Assembly: GCA_965220075.1 (NCBI GenBank)
Contig: OZ244806.1
Coordinates: 519,009 to 583,008 of the forward strand
Length of the DNA stretch: 64,000 bases
From: Chloroflexota bacterium
GTDB lineage: Bacteria > Chloroflexota > UBA11872
Reading direction: 5' to 3'
Under the pieces are notes generated by a model. That model was not told the origin of the DNA. It saw only the letters and a program-made list of their open reading frames with translations, and did not search any database. The position numbers and the translations under genes are program-made. Position 1 is the stretch's first letter, and each line of letters begins with the position of its first letter. Below, piece after piece: positions 10,108-19,746 of this stretch.

Positions 10108-10854
10108 ATGCGGGACATTTCCATCGCGCTGGTCGTGCCCGCTTTCAACGAGCGCCAGCGCTTGGGCGCGACGCTCGACGCGATCGCGCGGTACGTGGAA
10201 ACCCAGCGCTTGAACATGTCCGTAATCGTGGCAGATGACGGCAGCATTGACGGCACCGCCGATCTCGCCTCCGAGCGCATAGCGCGTATGCCTTACATGG
10301 ACATCGTGAGCCTGGGGTCGCAGCGCGGCAAGGGCGCGGCGGTGCGCGCCGGCGTTCTGGCCGCCTCGGCCGACGTCATCGGGTTCAGCGACGCGGACCT
10401 ATCGACCCCACTGACCGAGCTGCCGCGTTTGATTGAGCCTCTGCTCGGCGACTATGACGTTGCGATCGCTTCGCGCGCGCTCGTGAGCAGTCAGGTCGTG
10501 CGCGCCCAGCCCCTATACCGCCGGTTGGGCGCGCGGGTCTTCCGCGAGCTTGCGCCCGCCCTGGCCGGCCTGCACGGATATTCCGACAGCCAGTGCGGTT
10601 TCAAGTTCTACCGATCCGCCGTGGCGCACGACCTGTACGGCGCCGCGGTCATCGACCGCTGGATGTTCGACGTGGAGGTCTTGCGGCTGGCGCGGCATCG
10701 CGGCTACCGGGTCGCCCAGGTTCCCGTGGCCTGGCGCAACCACCCGGACTCGCGTCTGCGCCTCTCGCTCGATACGTGGCGGATGTTTCGCGATCTCCTG
10801 CGAATCCGGCTACGCTTTTCGCGTGGTGCCTATGGTCCCCCGCGCACGGCTTGA
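10108..10854 (+). CDS. Family 2 glycosyltransferase (polyprenol-phosphate sugar synthase, DPM1/Ppm1-like)
   Basis: ALVVPAFNE...VIVADDGSIDGT...GFSDADLS...CGFKFYR are the GT2 DxD and catalytic motifs typical of dolichol/polyprenol-P-mannose synthases. Confidence 0.8.
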   Translation: MRDISIALVVPAFNERQRLGATLDAIARYVETQRLNMSVIVADDGSIDGTADLASERIARMPYMDIVSLGSQRGKGAAVRAGVLAASADVIGFSDADLSTPLTELPRLIEPLLGDYDVAIASRALVSSQVVRAQPLYRRLGARVFRELAPALAGLHGYSDSQCGFKFYRSAVAHDLYGAAVIDRWMFDVEVLRLARHRGYRVAQVPVAWRNHPDSRLRLSLDTWRMFRDLLRIRLRFSRGAYGPPRTA

Positions 10855-10890
10855 AGAATACGCGCCGGTTTTGCGGCGCCGCGAAGCATC

Positions 10891-11595
10891 GTGAGCGGCG
10901 TGCGCGTGAACCCCGGCGATCCGTTCCCCGACGTCTCGTTGCCGGACGTCCGGACCGGCGAGCAGGTTGCGTTGCACACTTTCTTCGACCGGTCGACCTG
11001 CATATTCGTTTGGGCCTCGTGGTGAGCGTGCCGCGCCCAGCTGCCCGTGTGGCAGCGATACCTCGAAGATCGCGGCGGCGGCCGGCTTGGCTTTGTCAGC
11101 GTGGCGGCCGACGCCCAGGGCCGCAACGCCGCCCTGCCCTGGGTCGGCGCGACGGCGGCGTCATTCCCGACTTTCGTTGACCCGGCGAACCGGCTCGGTC
11201 AGGCGTTCGGCTATCAGGCCATCCCGGTTGGAATCTTCGTGCGCGCGGGCGGCGCCGTGGAGCACGTGCGCGTGCCATTCTCCGTCGAGCGATCCGATGA
11301 CAGGGCGGCGCTGGAGGAATTCATGGCCGGCCGTGTTGCGTCTCCGCCCGCCGGCGGCTCTCTGGACGGCAGCGCGCCGGCGATAGATGGGTTTGCCGAG
11401 GGCGCGGCGGCGCTCGCCGCCGGCGATCGCGAATCCGCTCTGCGCTGCTGGCGCGAGGCGCTGCGCGATGACCCCGCTAACTTCCTCATCAGGAAGCAGA
11501 TATGGGCTGTTGAACACCCCGACAAGTTCTACCCCGCCATCGACCGAGGGTGGCAGGCGCGCGCGCTGGCGCGCGCGCGTGAGCTACCCGCCTGA
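10891..11595 (+). CDS. Thioredoxin-fold TlpA/redoxin-like protein with an in-frame TGA at the first active-site Cys position; candidate selenoprotein (or pseudogene)
   Basis: Manual translation in the frame of the 11047 ORF reads ...PFPDVSLPDVRTGEQVALHTFFDRSTCIFVWASW-TGA(11023..11025)-ACRAQLPVWQRYLEDRGGGRLGFVSVAAD...LGQAFGYQAIPVGIFV. TlpA/ResA homology (F-W-A-S-W-C-x-x-C-R-A-E-x-P; VLGVSVD; AYGV..LPTTF) continues on both sides of the TGA. The track splits the gene at the TGA. Confidence 0.5.
11040..11056 (+). promoter_or_regulatory. Hairpin (gctgcc-cgtgt-ggcagc) beginning 15 nt after the in-frame TGA; SECIS-like candidate
   Basis: A perfect 6-bp stem with a 5-nt loop containing G and U, seen directly in the sequence. 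Confidence 0.35.
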
Positions 11596-11624
11596 GCCTG
11601 ATCGCTTGAGGCGAATCAGACGGC

Positions 11625-12338
11625 TTGTTCCGGGCGGTCCTGATGCCTGATTGGCTGGTCGCGGCGCAGAACGCGCTGCTCGACTTTCTCAACACCTATC
11701 AGTACCTCGGATTGGCGCTTTACGTCGGAATCGAGGAGGCGGGCGTGCCCTTCCCCGTGCCGGCCGACACCGCCATCGTAGTCATGGGCTATCAGGTGTA
11801 CCGCGGAGAGGCCAACCCCGCGTCGGTCATCGCGGTGGTGGTGGGGTCGGCGACTCTGGGCGCCTCGATTCTCTACTGGATTTCGCGACTGGTGGGCGTG
11901 CGGATCATCCGCCGTTTCGAGCGCTTTCTGCGCATCACGCCCGAGCGCCACGCGCGCGCCGAGCGCTGGTTTGCCCGTTACCAGGTTCCCGCCGTCGTGA
12001 TTGGGCGCCTCATTCCCGGTTTCCGGATCGTCATCACGGTCGTGGCCGGCGTGGCGCGCGGCAACTTCCCGCTCTTCGTCATGTCCGCCGCGCTTTCGGC
12101 GCTCATATGGTCGCTCGTGTTCATGTCGCTGGGCTGGGCCTTTGGCGATCAATACGAGCGCGTGCTGGAGGCGGTGCGAGCCGACCCCCGCCTCGCCGCC
12201 GCCGTGGTGGGCGCGATTGTCATCCTGATTGCAGTGGGCGTATGGCTCTGGATACGCCGCCGCGCTAGCCGCACTAGTGAGTTTGAGCCGTACGGCGCCG
12301 CGGACCGGGACGGGACTCCGCCGGATGTCCGCGGCTGA
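11625..12338 (+). CDS. DedA/SNARE-associated (TVP38) family membrane protein
   Basis: YLGLALYVGIEEAGVPFPVPADTAIVVMG...IGRLIPGFRIVITVVAGVARGNF is the DedA signature. An alternative start MPDWLV is at 11643. Confidence 0.75.
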   Translation: MFRAVLMPDWLVAAQNALLDFLNTYQYLGLALYVGIEEAGVPFPVPADTAIVVMGYQVYRGEANPASVIAVVVGSATLGASILYWISRLVGVRIIRRFERFLRITPERHARAERWFARYQVPAVVIGRLIPGFRIVITVVAGVARGNFPLFVMSAALSALIWSLVFMSLGWAFGDQYERVLEAVRADPRLAAAVVGAIVILIAVGVWLWIRRRASRTSEFEPYGAADRDGTPPDVRG

Positions 12339-12343
12339 ACGGG

Positions 12344-12754
12344 TTAGCGGGGTGCCAGCTCGCCGGGCGCCAATCGCCCCCCGCGGCTCACCGCCCGCTT
12401 GATCAGCGGAAGCCAGGTCGACTCGCCATCGCGCCGCCAGTCGACTTCCGGCTGCAGCTTCATCAGCCGGTCCACCCGTCCCAACCGCTCGGCCCGCTCG
12501 TAGATCCGCAGCCAAACGCACGGCAGGCTGGGGTCCGTTTCGCACATTCCATATATGTCCGTGCCGCCGCACGGGCCGTCGCGCAGACCTTTAGGGCATG
12601 CCATCGGGCATATGAAAGCCGTGTCCTGCAAGATGCACTGCCCGCACATGCGACACCCAAAAAGCGGCCGCTTGACCATCCGCTCCACAAGCGTGAAGGC
12701 TTGTTCCGGCGCCTGGCGAATCGCTCGCGTCAGCGTGCGCTGGGTGATTGACAT
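12344..12754 (-). CDS. Small Cys-rich protein with 8 Cys; possible metal/Fe-S binding, MTHFR-C-terminal-domain-like
   Basis: FGCRMCGQCILQDTAFICPMACPKGLRDGPCGGTDIYGMCETDPSLPC gives the pattern C-x2-C-x2-C-x8-C-x3-C-x7-C-x7-C-x7-C. The family name is from memory and not verified. Confidence 0.45.
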   Translation of the reverse strand: MSITQRTLTRAIRQAPEQAFTLVERMVKRPLFGCRMCGQCILQDTAFICPMACPKGLRDGPCGGTDIYGMCETDPSLPCVWLRIYERAERLGRVDRLMKLQPEVDWRRDGESTWLPLIKRAVSRGGRLAPGELAPR

Positions 12755-12809
12755 CGACTCACCTGCGGCGTGACTACGCCACCAATTATAGGCTCGGCCG
12801 GCCGCGTCC

Positions 12810-13586
12810 CTACGTGGATGGGCGCGGCGGCGGCGGCGTGGAGCGTTTTTCCGGCACTTGCAGGCGGCGTCCCACGAAGAGCTGTGTAGGCTCGGTGATC
12901 TCGTTCAGGTTCGCCAGGTCTTCGACGGACACTTCAAGCTGCTGGGAGATCGCGTACAGCGTGTCGTCCGCCTGTACGACGTAGACGCCGGATTCACCCT
13001 CGGCCGGATCATCCACCGGGTTCACTCGTTCGTCCGGCTGGGGCAGAACGAGCTTCTGCCCAACAAAGATGGTGTTTGGGTCCAGCAACTCGTTCTTGGT
13101 GGCGAGGTCCTGCGCCTCGATCCCGAACCGCGTGGCGATGCTCAGCAGCGTGTCGCCCGCTTGCACCGTGTAAGTCTGCGGATTCGGTGTGGCGGTCGGG
13201 GTGGCCTCGGGAGTACGGGTGGGCGCGACGGTCGGCGTCGCGGTTACCGCCCCCGCGGTGGGCGAAGCCTCTTCCCCTTCAGCCGCGCCGAACGGCCGAC
13301 CGTCTTGCCATGTCTGGCTGACGAGCACGTAGCCCACCACGCCCAGAATCGCGAGGCCCAAGACACCGAAGATCAGTTCCCGGCGCGCGTGCGTCACCGC
13401 CGCCAGCCTCCGTCCTGCCCAGTGCCCGCGAGTCCGGCGCCTACCTGGAGCGCTGCCCGCCAAAGAGACTACTCCGCGGGCCGCACGGTGAGTATAGCCA
13501 CGCCGCTCCCGCGCCCGCTGGACCGCGCGCCTTGGCAGGCAGGGGATTGCGCCCGCGCGGCGGTACCATAGCTGCAATGCAAGCAT
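12810..13586 (-). CDS. LysM-domain protein, membrane-anchored, with two LysM repeats
   Basis: TM segment LIFGVLGLAILGVVGYVLV; a PT-rich linker; then YTVQAGDTLLSIATRFGIEAQDLATKNELLDPNTIFVGQKLVLP and YVVQADDTLYAISQQLEVSVEDLANLNEI...LFVGRRLQVP. The N-terminal boundary is uncertain; the upstream Arg-rich extension is probably not coding. Confidence 0.65.
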   Translation of the reverse strand: MLALQLWYRRAGAIPCLPRRAVQRARERRGYTHRAARGVVSLAGSAPGRRRTRGHWAGRRLAAVTHARRELIFGVLGLAILGVVGYVLVSQTWQDGRPFGAAEGEEASPTAGAVTATPTVAPTRTPEATPTATPNPQTYTVQAGDTLLSIATRFGIEAQDLATKNELLDPNTIFVGQKLVLPQPDERVNPVDDPAEGESGVYVVQADDTLYAISQQLEVSVEDLANLNEITEPTQLFVGRRLQVPEKRSTPPPPRPST

Positions 13587-14320
13587 TGGTTCTCGCGGCT
13601 GGATGGGCCACCCGGCTGGGCGATCTCGCTCGCGGCGCGCCCAAGCACCTGCTCCCAATCGGGGACCGTTACTGTATCGATTTCGTATTTGACCGTCTGG
13701 AAGCCTTGCCTCAGCTCGACCGGATTCATCTCATCACCCACGATGTCCACTTCCCCCGATTCACCAACTGGTCGGCCGCGCGTAAGGGCCGCGTGCCGGT
13801 CAGCCTGCACAGCGACGGCACGGACTCCGAGGCAACCAAGCTCGGCACGATTGGCGACATTCAGTACTTCCTCGCCAGCGTGAAGCCGCGTGACGACCTC
13901 CTCATCGTGGCGGGTGACAACCTTTTCGACTTCGACATCGGGCCCGTGGCCGAGCGTGCCCGCCGCGAGCCGGTCGTTGGACTCTTCGACGTGGGGTCCA
14001 CGGCGCTGGCCACGCGCTACGGGGTGGTGGAGCTCGATGCTGACGGCTACATCGTGTCTTTCGAGGAGAAGCCGTCCAATCCCCGCAGCTCCCTTGTGGC
14101 CACCACCATCTACGGGTTGCCGCGGGCGCACTTGGGCGATGTGCAGGCTTATCTGGACGCCGGCGGCGAGGCCGACAAGCTCGGATCGCTGATGGAGTGG
14201 CTCCACACGCGCAGACGCGTGGCCGGACATGTCTTTCGCGGCCGCTGGTTCGATGTCGGCAGTCCCGACGAATACGCCCGCGCGCAGGCGGCATTCGGCC
14301 ATATGGCCCCCACGGTATGA
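13577..14320 (+). CDS. Sugar-phosphate nucleotidyltransferase (NTP_transferase family)
   Basis: MQALVLAAGWATRLG...KHLLPIG is the G-x-G-T-R-L motif of glucose/mannose-1-P nucleotidyltransferases. ...IVAGDNLFDF...EEKP. Confidence 0.7.
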   Translation: MQALVLAAGWATRLGDLARGAPKHLLPIGDRYCIDFVFDRLEALPQLDRIHLITHDVHFPRFTNWSAARKGRVPVSLHSDGTDSEATKLGTIGDIQYFLASVKPRDDLLIVAGDNLFDFDIGPVAERARREPVVGLFDVGSTALATRYGVVELDADGYIVSFEEKPSNPRSSLVATTIYGLPRAHLGDVQAYLDAGGEADKLGSLMEWLHTRRRVAGHVFRGRWFDVGSPDEYARAQAAFGHMAPTV

Positions 14321-14344
14321 CGAACACTCGCGGCGAGCGCTGAC

Positions 14345-14896
14345 TTGGATTTCCTGCTCGCCGGCGTTCTGGGCGCGTCCGCCGGACTCAATCCCTACGT
14401 CACCCTGGCCATAACCGCGCTCGTGGCTTGGCGGCGCCCCGGCCTGCTGACCGTCAGTGAGCCGTTTGAGTTCGTTGCCACCATCACGGTGTTTGTCGTA
14501 GCGCTGCTGCTTCTGCCTATCGATCTCTTCGCCGACAAGCTCCCGGCAAGCGGCGGTCTGATGGACCGGGCCGGCTGGATCCTGCGTCCGGCGGCTGGCG
14601 GAATCGTCGGCGGCGCGGTCATCGCTGCCGCGGGTCCCACCGTGATAGCGGGGCTGGCCTTGGGCGCCATAGCCGCCGCCGCGGTGCACGGTCTGCGCCT
14701 GCGCGTGCGGGATCGGGTTCAGGGGCGTCTGCTGGGATTCGGCCGCATCGTCTTTGGCGCCTATGGCGACCTGGCCAGCGGGATGCTCGCTCTGCTGGCG
14801 ATCTTGTCCCCGCCGTTGGGCGCCGCGCTCGCCGCCCTGATCCTCGGCGCCGCCGCGTTGGTGGACCGGCGCTGGGGTGTCTCAGAGTCTCGCTAA
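14345..14896 (+). CDS. DUF4126-like membrane protein
   Basis: Four hydrophobic helices; LGASAGLNPYVTLAITALVAW is typical of the DUF4126 N-terminus. Confidence 0.5.
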   Translation: MDFLLAGVLGASAGLNPYVTLAITALVAWRRPGLLTVSEPFEFVATITVFVVALLLLPIDLFADKLPASGGLMDRAGWILRPAAGGIVGGAVIAAAGPTVIAGLALGAIAAAAVHGLRLRVRDRVQGRLLGFGRIVFGAYGDLASGMLALLAILSPPLGAALAALILGAAALVDRRWGVSESR

Positions 14897-14909
14897 AGCC
14901 GCCCCGGCC

Positions 14910-16001
<1,092 letters not shown>

Positions 16002-16546
16002 GCCTCGCGAAGAGTCGAGTTCGCCGCTGCGCGCAAGCGCGTCCAGAGCCTCGAAACCGTCGCGGCGGCGCGCGGCGTCGTGGCCCCGCGCGCCTCCGGG
16101 GTCCCACTGGATCTCGCCGATCGGGTCGGCTACCAGGTATGACCAGGCGGCGTCGCCCGGCGGCTGCCAGCGTCCCTGCAGGACCGCTAGCCCCGGCAGG
16201 TCCCGAAACGCCGGCGCGAGCTGCCATAGGGGCGCGATCGCGCCCAGCCGAGTCGCCCGCGGCGGCGCGCGGGTCGGGAGCTCAGTTACGCTCGTAGTAG
16301 CTCGCGATCACGTCAAGGAACGCTTTCCGCACAGAGGGTATCTTCGTTGCTCAACGGCAGGTTTGTGGCCGCTGCCCGAGACACTGGGATGCCGCCGCGC
16401 AGGATACGCGTCAACAGGCCGGCCGGAAACCGGCCGCTCGCCTCCCGGGCGAAGCGCGGCGCCGGGCGCGCCGCCAAACGGGTTGCCGTGCGGGCCGTGG
16501 CTCATACGCGGGGAGTCGCCGCCGCGCCCGCGCCGATTCCTAACCG

Positions 16547-17581
16547 GTGGAACCGGCGGCCGTGAACCTGCCCGACGGCAAACTGCCCGCCGGCATGCTG
16601 CGGGCTTTCCTAGCCTCGTTTCCCGCCCCGCACGAGTCCGTGCTGGTAGGCGGGGCGGTGGGCGAGGACGCCGCCGTGATCGACCTGGGCGGGCCGGAGC
16701 TGCTGGTCGCCACGACCGACCCGATTACCTTCGCCGGCGCTGACGTGGGGCGTTATCTGCTGGCCGTAAACGGCAACGACCTGGCCACCACCGGCGCCCT
16801 CCCGCGCTGGCTGCTGGCCACCGTCCTGCTGCCCTCGGGAGTGTCGCCCCGGGAGGCCGCGCCCGTTCTCGAGAGCCTTCGCGCGGCCTGCTCGCAGGCG
16901 CGTGTCGATCTCGTAGGCGGTCACACCGAGGTGACGCCCGGCGTAGCGCGCACGATTGTCGTCGGCTGTCTGCTGGGGACCGTGGCCCGGGACCGGCTTA
17001 TCAGCACCGCGGGCGCGCGCGTGGGGGATGCCCTGCTTCTCACGGCCGGCGTCGCCATCGAGGGCACCGCAATCCTGGCCACCGAGCACGCGCCCGCATT
17101 GCGAGCCGCGGGTCTGGCCGCCGCGGATATCGAGCGCGCGGCCGGCTGGCTGGACCAGCCCGGCATATCGGTGCTGCCCGCCGCTCGCGCGCTGCACTCC
17201 ACCGGCGCGGTTCACGCTCTGCACGATCCCACCGAGGGCGGGCTGGCGACGGCCCTGCATGAGCTCGCCGAGGCGGCCGGAGTTGGGCTGGAGGTCCGGC
17301 GCGACGCCGTGCCGGTGCTGCCCGAGTGCGAGCGCATCTGCGCGGCGCTCGGGCTCGACCCGTTGGGACTGCTGGCCTCGGGCGCCCTGTTGGCCGCACT
17401 GGACCCGGCCGAGGCGCCGTCCGCCCTCCAGCGCCTCGATCAGGCCGGGATCGCGGCCGCCGTTATCGGTCGCATCGTGCCCCGCCGCCAGGACCTCACG
17501 GCTCTGGAACGCGGCGGGCGCGCGCCGCTTCCCGTCTTCGATCGCGACGAGCTGGCCCGGTTCCTTGAAACGCGCGGCTAG
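16547..17581 (+). CDS. AIR synthase-related protein (PurM-like superfamily, HypE-like paralogue)
   Basis: GEDAAVIDLGG...LVATTDPITFAGADVGRYLLAVNGNDLATTGALPRWLL...VDLVGGHTEV are PurM-like N-terminal motifs. There is no HypE C-terminal PRIC motif and no SelD Cys/Sec loop. Confidence 0.55.
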   Translation: MEPAAVNLPDGKLPAGMLRAFLASFPAPHESVLVGGAVGEDAAVIDLGGPELLVATTDPITFAGADVGRYLLAVNGNDLATTGALPRWLLATVLLPSGVSPREAAPVLESLRAACSQARVDLVGGHTEVTPGVARTIVVGCLLGTVARDRLISTAGARVGDALLLTAGVAIEGTAILATEHAPALRAAGLAAADIERAAGWLDQPGISVLPAARALHSTGAVHALHDPTEGGLATALHELAEAAGVGLEVRRDAVPVLPECERICAALGLDPLGLLASGALLAALDPAEAPSALQRLDQAGIAAAVIGRIVPRRQDLTALERGGRAPLPVFDRDELARFLETRG

Positions 17582-17638
17582 CGACGCGTTAACATCGAAA
17601 CCGCAACACGCGGTCGTCGTGCTCGCCCGGCGCCGTAT

Positions 17639-18718
17639 TTGAACACCCGCGACAGCGAGGTGCCCGTGCCCGCCTCCGCCATCGAGCTGCGCAGCGACAC
17701 TATGACCCAGCCGACCACGGCTATGCGCCGCGCCATGGCGGCCGCCGAGGTGGGAGACGATGTCTTCGGTGAAGACCCCACCATGAATGCCCTGGAAGAG
17801 CGCGTGGCCGCGCTCTTCCAGACTGAGGCCGCCCTCTTCATAAGCAGCGGAACCCAGGGAAATCTGTGCGCCCTGCTCACTCACTGCCGGCCGCGCCAGG
17901 AGGTCGTAGCCTCCGCCGGCTGCCACGTCACCGAGTGGGAGGTCGGGGGCTGGGCCTCCCTGGCGGGGGTCACCATGCGTACCGTCGAGGCGCCGCGCGG
18001 GATCTTGACCGCCGATCTCATTCACGCCGCCGTCAATCCGCCCGACATCCACATGACGGGGTCGCATCTGGTTTGGGTCGAGAACACCCATAACGGCGGC
18101 GGCGGCGCCTGCGTCTCGCCGGCCGCCATGCGGGAGATCGCGGCCGCCGCCAGCGCGCACGGTATGCGGGTCCACGTGGACGGCGCGCGCATCTTCAACG
18201 CGGCCGCCGCTCTGGGCGTATCGGTTGCCGACCTGGCGGCGGACGCCGACAGCGTGCAGTTCTGCTTGTCCAAGAGCCTGGGTGCGCCGGTCGGCTCAAT
18301 GCTCGTGGGTCCGCGCGAGTTCATCGCGGAGGCGCGCCGCGTTCGCAAGATGCTCGGCGGCGGCATGCGGCAAGCCGGCGTGCTGGCGGCTGCCGCGCTC
18401 ACGGCGCTTGAGGAGATCCCGCCCAAGCTGTCCCGGGATCACGCCAACGCCCGCCTGCTGGCCGAGCTGCTCAGCGACACGCCGGGTCTGCGGATTGACC
18501 CGACTGAAGTAGAGACCAACATCGTCTTTTGGGACGTCGAGCCGCGGCTGGGCAGCGCGGAAGAGTTTGCGGCCCGCTTGGCGGAGCGCGGCGTGAGGGT
18601 GGTGGGTTTCACAGGCACGCCGCGCTGCCGCGCCGTCACACACCATCAGGTAAGCGCCGAAGAGGTGCGTCGGGCCGGCGAGATCATTCACGATCTCGCT
18701 CTCGAGCTGGCCGCCTGA
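17639..18718 (+). CDS. ltaE: Low-specificity L-threonine aldolase
   Basis: IELRSDT...MRRAMA...GDDVFGEDPT...SKSLGAPVGSMLVG (PLP lysine)...DGARIFNAA. Confidence 0.8.
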   Translation: MNTRDSEVPVPASAIELRSDTMTQPTTAMRRAMAAAEVGDDVFGEDPTMNALEERVAALFQTEAALFISSGTQGNLCALLTHCRPRQEVVASAGCHVTEWEVGGWASLAGVTMRTVEAPRGILTADLIHAAVNPPDIHMTGSHLVWVENTHNGGGGACVSPAAMREIAAAASAHGMRVHVDGARIFNAAAALGVSVADLAADADSVQFCLSKSLGAPVGSMLVGPREFIAEARRVRKMLGGGMRQAGVLAAAALTALEEIPPKLSRDHANARLLAELLSDTPGLRIDPTEVETNIVFWDVEPRLGSAEEFAARLAERGVRVVGFTGTPRCRAVTHHQVSAEEVRRAGEIIHDLALELAA

Positions 18719-18723
18719 CTCCC

Positions 18724-19746
18724 ATGCGGGTGCTGGCGACTGGCGCCACCGGAGACGTCGGGCCGGCCGTCGTTCGCGGCCTCATTGGCCAGGACCACGC
18801 CGTGCGAGTGCTGGTGCGCCCGGAGAGCGATCGGGAGAATCTCGTCGGGCTGAACGTGGACTTCGTGGTGGGTGACGTCACCCAGCCCGACACGCTGAGG
18901 TCAGCCCTGGATTCCATCGACGGCGTCGTGCACATGGCGGGCCTGCACGACACCTGGGCGCCGCGCGCCCGCCAGTTCTTCGACGTGAACGCGCTCGGGT
19001 CCATCAATGTCCGCGAGGCCGCGGCGCGCGCCGGCGTCGAGCGCCTGCTCTTCGTGAGCAGCGGCGCCACGATCGGCGAGCGCCGCCGCGAGACCGGCAC
19101 CGAGCAGTCCGCGCGGCGCGGCTACGTGTTGAGCGACTACGAGGCCTCCAAGCTCGACGCCGAGGAGGCGCTGCTGGCGGCCTCTCCTCCGCCGGAGATC
19201 GTGATCGTAAATCCGGCAACTGTGTACGGTCTCACCGGCCGGACCGGCCTGTCCCACGCCATCGTGTCGGCCGTCTCCGGTCGCCTGAGCGTGTCTATCG
19301 GTGCCGTGTCGGCGTTCGTTTACATCGACGATTTCGCCGCCGGCGTGGTTGCGGCCTTGACGCGCGGCCGTCCCGGTGAGCGCTACATCCTGGCGGGCCA
19401 GAACCTGTCGCGTCTCGAGCTGCTGCGACGCGCCGTGGCGCTGGTGGGTTCCCGGCGCCCCATTCGGCCCGCGTCCGCCTCGACCTGGCGGGCGCTCAGC
19501 TTCGTCTACGCGTTCCAGAGCTGGATCACGCGGCGCCGTCCGCCGGTCTCGCGCGACGCGGTCCGGATCGCCCTGCACGGCAGCCGCCTGGACGGTGGCA
19601 AGGCCGCGCGCGAGCTCGATATCGCATACACACGACTGGATGACGGACTACGCGCCACGCTGACCGCCTTGCACGCCGAGGGCCGGATAGAGGAGCCGCC
19701 GCTGGAGGGAATCGCCGGTCTGGGAGATCACCCTTTTGGACGTTGA
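18724..19746 (+). CDS. NAD-dependent epimerase/dehydratase (SDR family)
   Basis: MRVLATGATGDVG (Rossmann GxxGxxG)...YEASK. The ATG at 18724 follows the ltaE stop; the Arg-rich upstream extension was rejected. Confidence 0.75.
   Translation: MRVLATGATGDVGPAVVRGLIGQDHAVRVLVRPESDRENLVGLNVDFVVGDVTQPDTLRSALDSIDGVVHMAGLHDTWAPRARQFFDVNALGSINVREAAARAGVERLLFVSSGATIGERRRETGTEQSARRGYVLSDYEASKLDAEEALLAASPPPEIVIVNPATVYGLTGRTGLSHAIVSAVSGRLSVSIGAVSAFVYIDDFAAGVVAALTRGRPGERYILAGQNLSRLELLRRAVALVGSRRPIRPASASTWRALSFVYAFQSWITRRRPPVSRDAVRIALHGSRLDGGKAARELDIAYTRLDDGLRATLTALHAEGRIEEPPLEGIAGLGDHPFGR

Noticed and set aside
10967-11386. Alternative frame across the TGA region containing a C-P-C-G motif (ERAAPSCPCGSD)
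   Set aside because: Considered as a frameshift explanation for the TlpA-like gene. However, TlpA homology both before and after the TGA lies in the original frame, so the off-frame CPCG is coincidental.
16547-17581. Possible selenophosphate synthetase (SelD), which would tie in with the Sec candidates
   Set aside because: The protein is PurM-like and its N-terminal KLPAGMLRAFL resembles SelD's KISPKVLETIL. However, it lacks the essential N-terminal Gly-rich Cys/Sec loop (DGK here instead of CGCK), and a TAA stop lies immediately upstream. Its core motifs fit HypE-like paralogues better.
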